The notes under the pieces: generated by a model
The model's database searches: none
Seen by the model: only the letters and a program-made list of their open reading frames with translations
What the model was told of the DNA's origin: nothing
Shown here: in pieces, positions 27,910 to 41,722 of the stretch
Layout: the number at the start of each line of letters is the position of its first letter
How positions within the stretch are numbered: position 1 is the first letter of the stretch
NCBI GenBank assembly: GCA_040772885.1
Contig: JAXGXF010000003.1
Coordinates: 190,373-254,372 of the forward strand
Source of the DNA: Candidatus Pullichristensenella sp.
GTDB lineage: Bacteria > Bacillota > Clostridia > Christensenellales > Aristaeellaceae
Direction of reading: 5' to 3'
Length of the DNA stretch: 64,000 nucleotides
Position numbers and translations under genes: made by a program

Positions 27910-28929
27910 ATGCGGTGGGAAATGGGCATTGATCTCGGCACGCGAAACGTCCGCGCGGCGCTTCCTGCGGAGGGGCCGGTGCTTTCGCAGGCGGCGGCGC
28001 TCGCGCTGCGCGAGGGGCGCGACGCGCCGGTAAACGCGGGCGACGCGGCCTTTTCCGTGTACGGGCGCACCTGCGAGGGCGTGTCGGTGCACTTTCCGCT
28101 CCACGACGGGACGCTGAAAAACAACGTCCACGCGGAGAAGCTCATCCAGTGGGTGTACTATGTGACGGAGGAGAGGCGGAAGGGAAAGCGGCTGCGCGCG
28201 CTGTTGACCACCGCGGCGCACGCGCGGGCTGTGCAGCAGGAGGCGCTTTTGCAGGCGGCGCTCGACGCGGGCGCGTCGGAGGCGGGGCTCATCTCCTCCG
28301 ACGCGGCGTCGGCGCTCGGCGCGGGGCTCGACATCATGAGCCCGCAGGCGTCCCTGATCATCGACGTCGGCGCGGGCAAGGTCGCGGCGGCGCTGTTCAC
28401 GCGCGGGCTCGTCGCCGCCAGCGCGTATTTGCCCTACGGCGTCGGGCGCATCGACGAGCGGATACAGAGGATGCTTCGCACCGAGAAGGGGTTCCTGGTC
28501 GGCCCCAAGACCGCCGAGGACATCAAGCAGGCGATGGCGACCGCGCTGACCCCCGCGCCGGTTTCGATGCCGGTCGCCGGGCTGAACCTTCAAAAGCGCG
28601 TGCCGGAGATCCTCGAGGTCGAGCCGGAAATGGTCGCGCGCGCGTGCGAGGAGGTCGTCGGCGAGCTCGTGTTCATGGTCGCGTCCGTCGTCGACAACGC
28701 GCCGGAGGAGCTGGCCGCCGATCTCAACGACGCCGGCTGCGTGCTCGCGGGCGGCGGGGCCACGATCGCCGGGCTCGACAAGCGGCTCGGCGACCGATTG
28801 GGCATCCCGACCCGCGTCGCCGAGTCGCCGGGAAACTGCGGCGTCATCGGCCTCGCGAAGGTGCTCGAGGAGCCGGACAAATATGAATCGCTGATTCTTG
28901 AGAAAATGGCGAAGCAGGCCCGGCACTAA
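27910..28929 (+). CDS. divergent MreB/Mbl-family actin-like protein
   Basis: The ORF is trimmed to the ATG at 27910 behind GGGAGGGA. MGIDLGTRNVR, IIDVGAGKVAAAL and VLAGGGATIAGLDKRLGDRLGIPTRVAESP match the MreB phosphate and adenosine motifs. Confidence 0.8.
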   Translation: MRWEMGIDLGTRNVRAALPAEGPVLSQAAALALREGRDAPVNAGDAAFSVYGRTCEGVSVHFPLHDGTLKNNVHAEKLIQWVYYVTEERRKGKRLRALLTTAAHARAVQQEALLQAALDAGASEAGLISSDAASALGAGLDIMSPQASLIIDVGAGKVAAALFTRGLVAASAYLPYGVGRIDERIQRMLRTEKGFLVGPKTAEDIKQAMATALTPAPVSMPVAGLNLQKRVPEILEVEPEMVARACEEVVGELVFMVASVVDNAPEELAADLNDAGCVLAGGGATIAGLDKRLGDRLGIPTRVAESPGNCGVIGLAKVLEEPDKYESLILEKMAKQARH

Positions 28930-30012
28930 TCATCTTCGGGACAGCTCTGCATAAAAATGCAACAGCGTCTCCGCCGCGCGGTCGAGGCCGTAGCCGGCGG
29001 AGAGGATCGACTCGATCGCGCCCGCGCTCGCTTTTGCGCGGTCGGGGCGGTCGAGCGCGAGCAGCGCCTCCGCCCACGAGGCCGCGCCCTCCCGCAGCGG
29101 GAGGAATCGGACGAGGTCCGTCAGCGCCGCCTCCTTTGTAACCGCGTCGCCGACGAGCGAGGGAAGCCCCGCCGCCTGCCACTCGAGCAGCACCGTCGGG
29201 AAGCCCTCGTAGAGCGACGGCAGCGCCATGACATCCATCGCCGCGAGGAACCTCTCCGGGTCGGGCACGCTGCCGGCGAACACGACCCTGTCCCCGAGCG
29301 GCTTCGCGCGCCCGCGGATTTCTTCCTCCAAGTAGCCGTCGCCGACGAGCAGCAGCCGCGCGTCGGGGCGGCGCTTGAGCACTTCCTCGAAAATCTCCAA
29401 CAAAAACGCGTGGTTTTTCTGGGCGTTGAAGCGCCCGACGTGGCCCAGGACGAGCGCATTCTCCAATCCAAGCGCCGGCCGGACGGCTTTGCGCGCCTCC
29501 GGGTCGAACCGGAAGCGGCCCGCGTCGACGGCGTTCGGGAGCACGGTGAATTTCCCGCGCCCGAACAGCCACCTGCCGGCGTCCGTCCCGCAGGCGGCGG
29601 CGGCTGTGTAGCTCAAAAGAAACAGCGGGAGAACGCGCCTGTGCTGCCGGTTGCGAAGAGACGTCGTGTTGTGGCAGTGTGCGACGCGCAATCCGCAGCC
29701 TCCGAGCGCCGCCGCGAGCATCTCGAGAAACAGCGACGACGAGTTGCCGTGCGCGTGGACGAGGTCGTACCGGTTTTTGCGGATCAGCTTGGCGAGCTCC
29801 AGCACGTAGCCCACGCCGGGGCGGCGGCTGGCCAGGCGATGCACCCGTATGCCGCGGGCCTCGATCTCGCGCAGGAGCGAAGGCTCGACCGCGTTGCCGG
29901 CGGCGAAGTCCATCGAAATCCCGGCGCGGGACAGCGCGTCCGCGCGCTCGAGCGCGAACATCGTGATGCCGTTGCGGGTCACGGGGACGGTGAACACGTG
30001 CAGCGTCTTCAT
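28930..30012 (-). CDS. glycosyltransferase family 4 (GT-B)
   Basis: 360 aa. The C-terminal EGFPTVLLEWQAAGLP motif is typical of GT4. Confidence 0.85.
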   Translation of the reverse strand: MKTLHVFTVPVTRNGITMFALERADALSRAGISMDFAAGNAVEPSLLREIEARGIRVHRLASRRPGVGYVLELAKLIRKNRYDLVHAHGNSSSLFLEMLAAALGGCGLRVAHCHNTTSLRNRQHRRVLPLFLLSYTAAAACGTDAGRWLFGRGKFTVLPNAVDAGRFRFDPEARKAVRPALGLENALVLGHVGRFNAQKNHAFLLEIFEEVLKRRPDARLLLVGDGYLEEEIRGRAKPLGDRVVFAGSVPDPERFLAAMDVMALPSLYEGFPTVLLEWQAAGLPSLVGDAVTKEAALTDLVRFLPLREGAASWAEALLALDRPDRAKASAGAIESILSAGYGLDRAAETLLHFYAELSRR

Positions 30013-30015
30013 CGG

Positions 30016-30876
30016 CTATTCCCTCGCGTCGAGCGCCGACAGCTTCGCCGCCGGCGCGGAAGTCCGCTCGGCCTCGTAGAGCTTCGCGTCGACGAGGAAG
30101 CGGTACATGAAGCTGTACATGAAGTGGTAGATGAGCCCCGGCCGCCCGTCGAGAAAGCCGAGCTGGAACACATAGCGGAAGATGAACGCGCAGAACGCGC
30201 GGAAGAACTTCGGGAACCTGTAGTAGAGCCCGCTCTTGAGCTTCCTGGTGCGGCGGATGCGGCCGTCGAGCCGCGAATCGGAATCCTGCGCGCCGAGCAC
30301 CGCCAGCACCTCGCGCGTCGCGTACCAGTTGAGCTTGTCCGCGAAAAAGCCGACGGACTTGAAGTCGTAGTGGTCGAACTTCGCGCGGATTCGGACCTCG
30401 CGACCCTCGCAGAGCACCGTGTGCTCGTCGATCAACCGGTCCTCGATGCGCCCGATGCCGTTGCGGAAGATCATCAGCTTCCGCTTCTTCGCGCCGCCGA
30501 AGCGCAGGGGCTTTCCGAGCATGTAGAACACGGCCTCCATCGAGATGCCGTGGACGCCGCTCTCCCGCGGGAGTTTCAGGATCGGCTCGCACTCGGCCTT
30601 GACCGCATCGGTCATGCGCTCGTCCGCGTCGATGCGAAGCACCCACTCGGTCCGTATGTCGCAGTTGTCGAGCGCCCAGTTGAACTGCCGCGCGTGGCTC
30701 TCGAACGGGTGGTACGCGAATTCCGCGCCGAACGCGCGCGCGATCGCCTCGGTCTGGTCGTCGCTGCCGGAATCGACGACGACGACGCGGCTCGCGAAGC
30801 CCGCGACGGACGTAAGGCAGTCCGGCAGGTTCTTCTGCTCGTTCTTCGTCAGGATGATCGCGGTCAGGTCAGCCAT
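30016..30876 (-). CDS. glycosyltransferase family 2
   Basis: AIILTKNEQKNLPDCL...VVVDSGSDDQT...RIDADE. Confidence 0.85.
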   Translation of the reverse strand: MADLTAIILTKNEQKNLPDCLTSVAGFASRVVVVDSGSDDQTEAIARAFGAEFAYHPFESHARQFNWALDNCDIRTEWVLRIDADERMTDAVKAECEPILKLPRESGVHGISMEAVFYMLGKPLRFGGAKKRKLMIFRNGIGRIEDRLIDEHTVLCEGREVRIRAKFDHYDFKSVGFFADKLNWYATREVLAVLGAQDSDSRLDGRIRRTRKLKSGLYYRFPKFFRAFCAFIFRYVFQLGFLDGRPGLIYHFMYSFMYRFLVDAKLYEAERTSAPAAKLSALDARE

Positions 30877-31735
30877 GTCCAGCCTCCGTTCTTCGGACGC
30901 ACTCCGCGAACGCGTGCGCTTGATAGGAAAGCCCGCAGTCGGCCGTGTCGCTCCGGTAGCAGAAGCCGCCGAACGCGCGGCGGACGACGCCTGCGCGCCC
31001 GAACAGCTTGATCAGCGGGTTCCAAAGGCGCGGAAAGGCCATCTTCTTCCCCCGCGCTTTGGCGATTTCCCGCACGAAATCCGAAGTCCTGACGACCGCG
31101 TCCTGCACGTGGTACGTGCCGCCGTTTCCGCGATCGATCAACAGCCGTATCAATTCCGCGAGGTGCTCTATGTACACGGCGCCGCGCCGGTTCGGGAAGT
31201 CCGGGAACAGCGGGAAGCGGTCCGCAAACCGCGAAAGCCGCGTGTAGTTTCCGCGGCAGCCCGGCCCGAACACCATCATCGGGCGCAGGATCGCCGCCTG
31301 AAAGCCGTCGCCCTCGAGCGCGCGGATGCCGATTTCGGCGTCGAGCTTGCTCTGTCCGTACGCGTTCGACGGCGCGGGGGGCGTGTCCGGCGCGATCTCG
31401 AAGTCCTTTCCCGCCGGGGCCGCGTCGCCGAACACGATGCTGCTCGAGAGGAAGATGAACTGCCGGACGCCGGCCTCCTTCGCGCGCGCGGCAGCCTCGA
31501 TCGCGAGGTCGCGGTTGACCCTCTCGTACAGCGCGCGCATTGCGGGCTTCGGCGACACGTGCGCGATGCCCGCGACGAGCACGACGCTGTCGTAGCCGGA
31601 AAAATCGAACGCGCGCCACGCGTCCGACCGCATGTCGATCGTGGCCGCGCGGTAACTCCCGGGGAAGTCCGCGAGCCGCCGCGCGACCGCCGTGCCGATG
31701 AAGCTCCCCTCGCCCGCGATCAGCACGCTACGCAC
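30869..31735 (-). CDS. NAD-dependent epimerase/dehydratase family protein
   Basis: VLIAGEGSFIG (Rossmann GxxGxxG). It overlaps both neighbouring genes by 8 nt. Confidence 0.8.
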   Translation of the reverse strand: MRSVLIAGEGSFIGTAVARRLADFPGSYRAATIDMRSDAWRAFDFSGYDSVVLVAGIAHVSPKPAMRALYERVNRDLAIEAAARAKEAGVRQFIFLSSSIVFGDAAPAGKDFEIAPDTPPAPSNAYGQSKLDAEIGIRALEGDGFQAAILRPMMVFGPGCRGNYTRLSRFADRFPLFPDFPNRRGAVYIEHLAELIRLLIDRGNGGTYHVQDAVVRTSDFVREIAKARGKKMAFPRLWNPLIKLFGRAGVVRRAFGGFCYRSDTADCGLSYQAHAFAECVRRTEAGHG

Positions 31736-32336
31736 TCTTCTTCCCCCCCGCGCGGCCCTCGCGCACGCCCGCGCCGTTGAGCACGCACGCGATCGAGCCG
31801 AAGAAGCACCTGACGTCCATCCGGAAGCCGAAGTTTTTCACGTACTCCTCGTCGTAGCGCACCTTGACCGGGATCGGCAATTCGTCGCGGCCGTTGATCT
31901 GCGCCCAGCCGGTCAGCCCCGGGCGCACCGCGTTGACGCCGGCGATTTCGCGCGCCTCGATCAGATCGTACTGGTTGTAGAGCGCCGGGCGCGGGCCGAT
32001 CAGCGACATGTCGCCGCGCAGCACGTTCCAGAGCTGCGGCAGCTCGTCCAGGCTCGATTTTCGCAAGAACGCGCCGATGGGCGTGATGAACCGCTCCGGG
32101 TCGTTGAGCAGATGCGTCGCGGTGTCCCGCGGCGTGTCCAAACGCATCGTGCGGAATTTCAGGATCGTGAACAGCCGCCCGCCCCGCCCGACGCGCTTTT
32201 GCAAAAACAGCACCGGCCCCTTTGAGGTCAGCTTGACCGCGAGCGCGACCAAGAGAAACACCGGCGAGAGCGCCGCCATGAGGAGAAGCGACAGGGCGGC
32301 GTCGAGCGCGCGCTTGATCCTCGCGTACGCGCTCAT
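31728..32336 (-). CDS. undecaprenyl-phosphate sugar phosphotransferase (small bacterial sugar transferase family)
   Basis: The ORF is trimmed to the ATG at 32336 (MSAYARIKRALD). Family motifs are KFRTM, DELPQLWNVLRGDMSLIGPRP and GLTGWAQ. Confidence 0.88.
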   Translation of the reverse strand: MSAYARIKRALDAALSLLLMAALSPVFLLVALAVKLTSKGPVLFLQKRVGRGGRLFTILKFRTMRLDTPRDTATHLLNDPERFITPIGAFLRKSSLDELPQLWNVLRGDMSLIGPRPALYNQYDLIEAREIAGVNAVRPGLTGWAQINGRDELPIPVKVRYDEEYVKNFGFRMDVRCFFGSIACVLNGAGVREGRAGGKKSA

Positions 32337-32773
32337 TCCATCGGGAGGCTGTCGATCAACGCGACGCGCAGCGCGTGCCGGCCGCCCTCGTGCGGCGTCT
32401 CGAGGAACGTGTCCACGAGCAGCTTCGCCGTGTCCTCGCCGATCACGCGCGCGCCGAGCGCGATCATGTTCGCGTTGTTGTGAAGCCGCGCCATCCTGAC
32501 GGTCAATACGTCCGTGCAGTTGACGCAGCGGATGCCCTCGAGCCGGTTCGCCGCGAGCGAGATTCCAAAGCCCGTGCCGCAGATGACGACGCCGCGCTCG
32601 CACGCGCCGGACTTCACGAGCCGCGCGGCCTTGCGGCCGTAGACCGGGTAGTCGCACGAGACCTTTTCCTCGCAGCCGCAGTCGATGATTTCGTGGCCGG
32701 CGGCCTCGAGGTGGGAGATCAGCATCCGCCGGTAATCGTATCCGGCGTGGTCGCTTCCGATCGCAATCTTCAT
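32333..32773 (-). CDS. rpiB: ribose-5-phosphate isomerase B (RpiB/LacA/LacB family)
   Basis: The ORF is trimmed to the ATG at 32773 behind AAAGGAG. MKIAIGSDHAGYDYR and CGTGFGISLAANR are present. The stop overlaps the downstream start (ATGA). Confidence 0.9.
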   Translation of the reverse strand: MKIAIGSDHAGYDYRRMLISHLEAAGHEIIDCGCEEKVSCDYPVYGRKAARLVKSGACERGVVICGTGFGISLAANRLEGIRCVNCTDVLTVRMARLHNNANMIALGARVIGEDTAKLLVDTFLETPHEGGRHALRVALIDSLPME

Positions 32774-32974
32774 GGGAGGACTCCTTTTTCCGGTTGTTGC
32801 ATGTCTGCAAGTGTCATTATAGCACATTTTCGCCCGTCCGAAAAGGGCTGTTTTTGCAGGGAATCCTGCAAGTTACCGTGAGATATGCAGGAAAACGACC
32901 AAAGCCTTATTCCTGTGAAATGTTAAATTCGCGATAAATTTCGCGATTTCCCGAAGAAAGCTCCAAAACGCGCC

Positions 32975-33003
32975 TTGACAGCCGATTTTTGATTTGCTAT
33001 TAT
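32975..33003 (+). promoter_or_regulatory. sigma-A promoter of rpoB
   Basis: TTGACA (32975..32980), a 17-nt spacer, then TGCTATTAT (extended -10, TATTAT at 32998..33003). This leaves a leader of roughly 170 nt. Confidence 0.55.
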
Positions 33004-33179
33004 GTACAATTGCGGTAGTCTGGACAAATAGCCGCTTTTTGCGGCCGAAGCCCGGCTCCGGGGCGATTTTCGGCGGGAATTGGACATTCCGCATCAAAAT
33101 CGCGGCGAAAGCTCGTGAAAATTCATCGAAAATTTACAGGGCTTTGAGCCGAACAAATTGAAAATCTGGGGTGATATGG

Positions 33180-36974
<3,795 letters not shown>

Positions 36975-37023
36975 TCGTCCACCCGCTGCCGGAGGCTTGT
37001 AAGATAGAAGGGAGAGACGCTCC

Positions 37024-40000
37024 TTGTTTGAATTGACAAATCTGGACTCCATACAGATCGGGCTCGCCTCGCCGGAGAAGATCCGCCAGTGGTCGCACGG
37101 CGAGGTCGAGAAGGCGGAAACCATCAACTACCGGACGCTGAAGCCGGAGCGCGACGGGCTTTTCTGCGAGCGCATCTTCGGCCCCACGAAGGACTGGGAG
37201 TGCAACTGCGGCAAGTACAAGCGCACGCGCTTCAAGGGCGTCATCTGCGACAAGTGCGGCGTCGAGGTCACGAAGGCGAAGGTCCGCCGCGAGCGCATGG
37301 GCCACATCGAGCTCGCCGCGCCCGTCAGCCACATCTGGTATTTCAAGGGAATCCCGAGCCGCATGGGGACGCTTCTCAACATCTCCCCGCGCGCGCTCGA
37401 GCAGGTATTGTACTTCGCGAGCTACATCGTGCTCGACCCCGGCGACTCGAAGGAGCTCGGGCTCGAGCGGCACAAGCTGCTCTCCGAGGCCGAGTATCAG
37501 ATGAAGCGCCAGCAGGCGAACGAAAACGGCTGGGAGTTCCGCGTCGGCATCGGCGCCGAGGCCGTGCGCGAGATGCTGCGCGAATTGGACCTCGACGAGA
37601 TGGCCGCGAACCTCCGGCGCGAATTGCAGGAGCTCTCCGAGCGCGAGACGAAGCGCGACAGCGAGGGCCAGAAGCGCCAGCGCGTGATCAAGCGGCTCGA
37701 GGTCGTCGAGGCGTTCCGCCTGAGCGGCAACAAGCCCGAGTGGATGATTTTGGACGTCGTGCCGGTCATTCCGCCGGAGCTCCGCCCGATGGTGCAGCTC
37801 GACGGCGGCCGGTTCGCGACCGCGGACCTGAACGACCTCTACCGCCGCGTGATCAATCGAAACAACCGCTTGAAGCGCATGCTCGAGATGGGCGCGCCGG
37901 ACATCATCGTCCGAAACGAGAAGCGGATGCTGCAGGAGGCCGTCGACGCCTTGATCGACAACGGCCGCCGCGGGCGCCCGGTGACCGGCGCGGGCGGGAG
38001 GCAGTTGAAGAGCCTCTCGGACCTCCTGCGCGGAAAGCAGGGGCGCTTCCGGCAGAACCTGCTCGGAAAGCGCGTAGACTACTCGGGCCGCTCGGTCATC
38101 GTCGTCGGCCCGACCTTGAAGCTCTACCAGTGCGGCCTCCCGAAGGAGATGGCGCTGGAACTGTTCAAGCCGTTTGTCATCGAGCGGCTCGTCAACCAGG
38201 GCATGGCCGTCAATGTCAAGACCGCGAAGCGCGCCGTCGAGCGGCTGCGCCCGGAGGTCTGGGACGTGCTCGAGAGCGTCATCAAGGACCACCCGGTCAT
38301 GCTGAACCGCGCGCCGACCTTGCACCGGCTGGGCATCCAGGCGTTCGAGCCGATCCTGGTCGAGGGCAAGGCGCTTAAACTGCATCCCTTGTGCTGCACC
38401 GCGTTCAACGCGGACTTCGACGGCGACCAGATGGCCGTGCACGTGCCGCTCTCGATGGAGGCGCAGGCCGAGGCCCGCTTCCTGATGCTCTCGGCGAACA
38501 ACATCTTAAAGCCGCAGGACGGAAAGCCGGTCGTGTCGCCGACGCAGGACATGGTGCTCGGCTGCTACTACCTGACGATCCTCCGCGAGGGCGCGAAGGG
38601 CGAGGGCAAGTTCTTCGCCGACGTCGACGAGGCGCTGATGGCCTACTCGGCGGGCGAGCTCTCCTTGCAGGCGAGGTGCCACATACGCCTCTCGCGAACC
38701 GTCGACGGCGTCGAGCACCGCAGGATCGTCGAGACGACGATCGGGCGCGTGATCTTCAACGACGCGATCCCGCAGGACCTCGGCACGAAGCCGAGGAAGA
38801 CCGTCGACGACATGTTCCTGCTCGAGGTCGACGAGGTCGTCGGCAAGAAGCAGCTCGGCCGCATCGTCGACGACTGCTACCGCGCGCACGGCGTGACCGT
38901 GACCGCGCAGATGCTCGACAACATCAAGGCGCTCGGCTTCAAGTACTCGACGAGGGGCGCCTTGACGGTCTCCGTCGCGGACATCGTCGTGCCCGAGGAG
39001 AAGGCGACGATTTTGAAGGACGCCGAGGCCGAGGTGCACGCGATCGAGCGCGCGTTCAAGCGCGGCCGCATGTCCGAGAACGAGCGGTATACGTCCGTCA
39101 TACGCATCTGGGAGAAGGCGACGAACGACGTCACGAAGAAGGTCATGGACTCGCTCTCGATGTTCAACCCGATCAACATGATGGCGACCTCCGGCGCGCG
39201 CGGCTCGATCAACCAGATTCGCCAGCTCGCCGGCATGCGCGGCCTGATGGCCTCGCCGTCCGGAAAGATCATCGAGCTGCCGATCCGCGCGAACTTCCGC
39301 GAGGGGCTGACGGTTCTCGAGTTCTTCCTGTCCTCGCACGGCTCGCGCAAGTCGCTCGCCGACACCGCGCTTCGAACCGCCGACTCCGGCTATATGACGC
39401 GCCGGCTCGTCGACGTGTCGCAGGAGAACATCGTGCGCGAGGTCGACTGCTTCGCGGCGCGCAATGAAAAGGTCCGCGGCCTCAAGGTCTCCGACATACG
39501 CGACGGCGAGGACGCGATCGAGACGCTGAACGACCGCATCCGCGGCCGCGTCGCCGCCGAGGACGTCGTCAATCCCAACACCGGCGAGATCATCGTCCAG
39601 ATGAACGAGATGATCGACTACGACGTCGCGAATAGAATCGTCGCGGCGGGCGTCCACGAGGTGACCGTCCGGAGCGTCTTGACCTGCCAGTCGTCCGCGG
39701 GCGTCTGCGCGCGCTGCTACGGCTCGAACATGACCAACGGCAAGCTCGTCGACGTCGGCGAGGCCGTCGGCATCATCGCCGCGCAGTCGATCGGCGAGCC
39801 CGGAACGCAGCTGACGATGCGCACGTTCCACACCGGCGGCGTCGCGACCGGCGACGACATCACGCAGGGCCTTCCGCGCGTCGAGGAGCTCTTCGAGGCG
39901 AGAAAGCCGAAGCGCGAGGCGATACTGGCCGAGATTTCCGGCACCGTGCACATCACGACCGACGTCAAGAAGCGCAAGAAGCTGACGATCATGTCCAACG

Positions 40001-40590
40001 ACGGCGAGGCCGAGACGAAGGAATACCCGATCAACTACGGCTCGAAGCTCAAGGTCGAGGATGGGGACGTCGTCGAGGCCGGCGACGAACTGATCGAGGG
40101 CTCGATCAACCCGCACGACCTGCTCAGAATCCTCGGCGTCAAGGCCGTGCAGGACTACCTCGTCAAGGAGGTGCAGTCGGTCTACCGCCGCCAGGGCGTC
40201 GAGATCGCCGACAAGCACATCGAGGTCATCGTGCGCCAGATGCTCAGGAAAGTCAAGGTCGAGGATTCGAACGACACGAACATGCTGCCCGGCGCGCTCG
40301 TCGACATCTTCCGCTTCGAGCAGGAGAACCGGCGCACGCTTGAAAACGGCGGACGCCCCGCGACCGCGAAGCGCACGCTGCTCGGCATCACGAAGGCCGC
40401 GCTCGCGACCGAGTCGTTCCTGTCGGCGGCGTCGTTCCAGGAGACCACGCGCGTATTGACCGAGGCCGCGATCAAGGGCAAGGTCGATCCGCTCTTGGGG
40501 CTCAAGGAGAACGTCATCATCGGCAAGCAGATTCCCGCCGGCACCGGCATGCGGCGCTACCGGGACATCGAGATTCACGAAGCCTATTGA
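37024..40590 (+). CDS. rpoC: DNA-directed RNA polymerase beta' subunit
   Basis: TTG start behind GAAGGGAGAG. The zinc motif [20 protein letters not shown] and the catalytic NADFDGD are present. Confidence 0.97.
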   Translation: MFELTNLDSIQIGLASPEKIRQWSHGEVEKAETINYRTLKPERDGLFCERIFGPTKDWECNCGKYKRTRFKGVICDKCGVEVTKAKVRRERMGHIELAAPVSHIWYFKGIPSRMGTLLNISPRALEQVLYFASYIVLDPGDSKELGLERHKLLSEAEYQMKRQQANENGWEFRVGIGAEAVREMLRELDLDEMAANLRRELQELSERETKRDSEGQKRQRVIKRLEVVEAFRLSGNKPEWMILDVVPVIPPELRPMVQLDGGRFATADLNDLYRRVINRNNRLKRMLEMGAPDIIVRNEKRMLQEAVDALIDNGRRGRPVTGAGGRQLKSLSDLLRGKQGRFRQNLLGKRVDYSGRSVIVVGPTLKLYQCGLPKEMALELFKPFVIERLVNQGMAVNVKTAKRAVERLRPEVWDVLESVIKDHPVMLNRAPTLHRLGIQAFEPILVEGKALKLHPLCCTAFNADFDGDQMAVHVPLSMEAQAEARFLMLSANNILKPQDGKPVVSPTQDMVLGCYYLTILREGAKGEGKFFADVDEALMAYSAGELSLQARCHIRLSRTVDGVEHRRIVETTIGRVIFNDAIPQDLGTKPRKTVDDMFLLEVDEVVGKKQLGRIVDDCYRAHGVTVTAQMLDNIKALGFKYSTRGALTVSVADIVVPEEKATILKDAEAEVHAIERAFKRGRMSENERYTSVIRIWEKATNDVTKKVMDSLSMFNPINMMATSGARGSINQIRQLAGMRGLMASPSGKIIELPIRANFREGLTVLEFFLSSHGSRKSLADTALRTADSGYMTRRLVDVSQENIVREVDCFAARNEKVRGLKVSDIRDGEDAIETLNDRIRGRVAAEDVVNPNTGEIIVQMNEMIDYDVANRIVAAGVHEVTVRSVLTCQSSAGVCARCYGSNMTNGKLVDVGEAVGIIAAQSIGEPGTQLTMRTFHTGGVATGDDITQGLPRVEELFEARKPKREAILAEISGTVHITTDVKKRKKLTIMSNDGEAETKEYPINYGSKLKVEDGDVVEAGDELIEGSINPHDLLRILGVKAVQDYLVKEVQSVYRRQGVEIADKHIEVIVRQMLRKVKVEDSNDTNMLPGALVDIFRFEQENRRTLENGGRPATAKRTLLGITKAALATESFLSAASFQETTRVLTEAAIKGKVDPLLGLKENVIIGKQIPAGTGMRRYRDIEIHEAY

Positions 40591-40634
40591 TCCCCGAGAA
40601 CCCCCGATTCCCGGCGCTGTCGAATTGTTTTTAC

Positions 40635-40663
40635 TTGACACCGCCGGGGTTCGGTGGTATCCT
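40635..40663 (+). promoter_or_regulatory. putative internal promoter before the L7Ae-like gene
   Basis: TTGACA (40635..40640), a 17-nt spacer, then TGGTATCCT. Confidence 0.45.
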
Positions 40664-40695
40664 CAATGAGTTTGATACTGGAGAGGAGTGCGCGC

Positions 40696-40944
40696 ATGCC
40701 GGAACTTGAGAAGCTGAAAAAGGCCGACAAGGTCGTGGGAACCCGAAGGCTTTTGCGCGCGATCGAGGCCGGCGAGATTTCGGAGGCGTACCTCGCGCTC
40801 GACTGCGATCTGTTCATCGCCCGCCAGATCGCGGACGCCTGCAAGAAGGCCGGCGTGCGGCTGTACGAGGTCGATACGATGAAGAAGCTCGGCGAGGCCT
40901 GCGGCGTCGAGGTCAAGACCGCGTCCGCCGGCATACGAAAGTAA
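40696..40944 (+). CDS. ybxF: ribosome-associated L7Ae-family protein (YbxF-like)
   Basis: The ORF is trimmed to the ATG at 40696 behind GGAGAGGAG. The 82-aa product contains KVVGTRRLLRAIEAGEI. Its position between rpoC and rpsL matches Bacillus. Confidence 0.85.
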   Translation: MPELEKLKKADKVVGTRRLLRAIEAGEISEAYLALDCDLFIARQIADACKKAGVRLYEVDTMKKLGEACGVEVKTASAGIRK

Positions 40945-41045
40945 TCCCGCCCGCATAGCGCAAAGCTGGCCGGCGCAAGCTCTAGGGTGACTTGGTTTTC
41001 CGAAATCGGGAGCGCAGTTGCCCGAAATCCAAGCCCTTTCCGAAT

Positions 41046-41096
41046 CGAAGGGGCGGTTTAGGGCGACACGAAGCCTCCGGCGGAGCCGGAGTGAGG
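41046..41096 (+). repeat. 51-bp direct repeat, copy 1
   Basis: CGAAGGGGCGGTTTAGGGCGACACGAAGCCTCCGGCGGAGCCGGAGTGAGG. It contains the hairpin CTCCGGC-GGA-GCCGGAG (41075..41091). Confidence 0.95.
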
Positions 41097-41148
41097 GCGA
41101 GGTTTCCGAAGCGAAGCGGAGGACGCCCGCCCGAAACCTAAAACGTCC

Positions 41149-41199
41149 CGAAGGGGCGGTTTAGGGCGACACGAAGCCTCCGGCGGAGCCGGAGTGAGG
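41149..41199 (+). repeat. 51-bp direct repeat, copy 2 (identical to copy 1)
   Basis: I compared the two copies base by base. The period is 103 bp. Confidence 0.95.
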
Positions 41200-41347
41200 A
41201 TGGGCGATTTGAAAAATCGCCATCCGAAACCCGGAGCGTTTCTGTTAAGAAACGATCCGGGGCGAAGACACTATTTCCTTCCGAGGGTTGCGGAAGTGTA
41301 TATAGAGGCCAAGAATATCCATACTATTCAGGAGGTGCTTCTATACC

Positions 41348-41722
41348 ATGCCGACGATCAATCAGTTGATCCGCAGGGGTAGGGAGAAAATAACCAGCAA
41401 GTCGAATTCGCCGATTCTGCAGAGCTGTCCGCAGAAGCGCGGCGTCTGCCTGTCCGTCAAGACGCAGACCCCGAAGAAGCCGAATTCCGCGCTGCGCAAA
41501 ATCGCCCGCGTTCGTCTGACGAACCAGATCGAAGGTACTTGCTACATCCCCGGAATCGGCCACAACCTGCAGGAGCACTCGGTTGTGCTGATCCGCGGCG
41601 GCAAGGTGCGCGATCTGCCCGGCGTGCGCTATCACATCATCCGCGGCGCGTTGGATGCCGCCGGTGTTGCCAAGCGCATGCAGGGTCGCTCCCTCTACGG
41701 CGCAAAGAGACCGAAGAAGTAG
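41348..41722 (+). CDS. rpsL: 30S ribosomal protein S12
   Basis: [14 protein letters not shown]...[10 protein letters not shown]. Confidence 0.97.
   Translation: MPTINQLIRRGREKITSKSNSPILQSCPQKRGVCLSVKTQTPKKPNSALRKIARVRLTNQIEGTCYIPGIGHNLQEHSVVLIRGGKVRDLPGVRYHIIRGALDAAGVAKRMQGRSLYGAKRPKK

Noticed and set aside
27763-28926. N-terminal 388 aa of the 637-aa minus-strand ORF
   Set aside because: This part is antisense to the MreB-like gene and compositionally junk. A strong RBS and ATG at 27762 begin the credible RsfA-like protein.
32873-33097. 74-aa minus-strand ORF in the rpiB-rpoB intergenic region
   Set aside because: It lies across the rpoB promoter and leader, has no RBS, and is AT-rich non-coding-like sequence.
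41046-41199. The 51-bp direct repeats as a possible CRISPR array
   Set aside because: There are only two copies, the repeat is longer than typical CRISPR repeats, there are no cas genes, and the location is inside an r-protein operon leader.
41194-41382. 62-aa ORF overlapping the rpsL start
   Set aside because: It has no RBS, it overlaps the rpsL RBS and start, and its composition is not protein-like.
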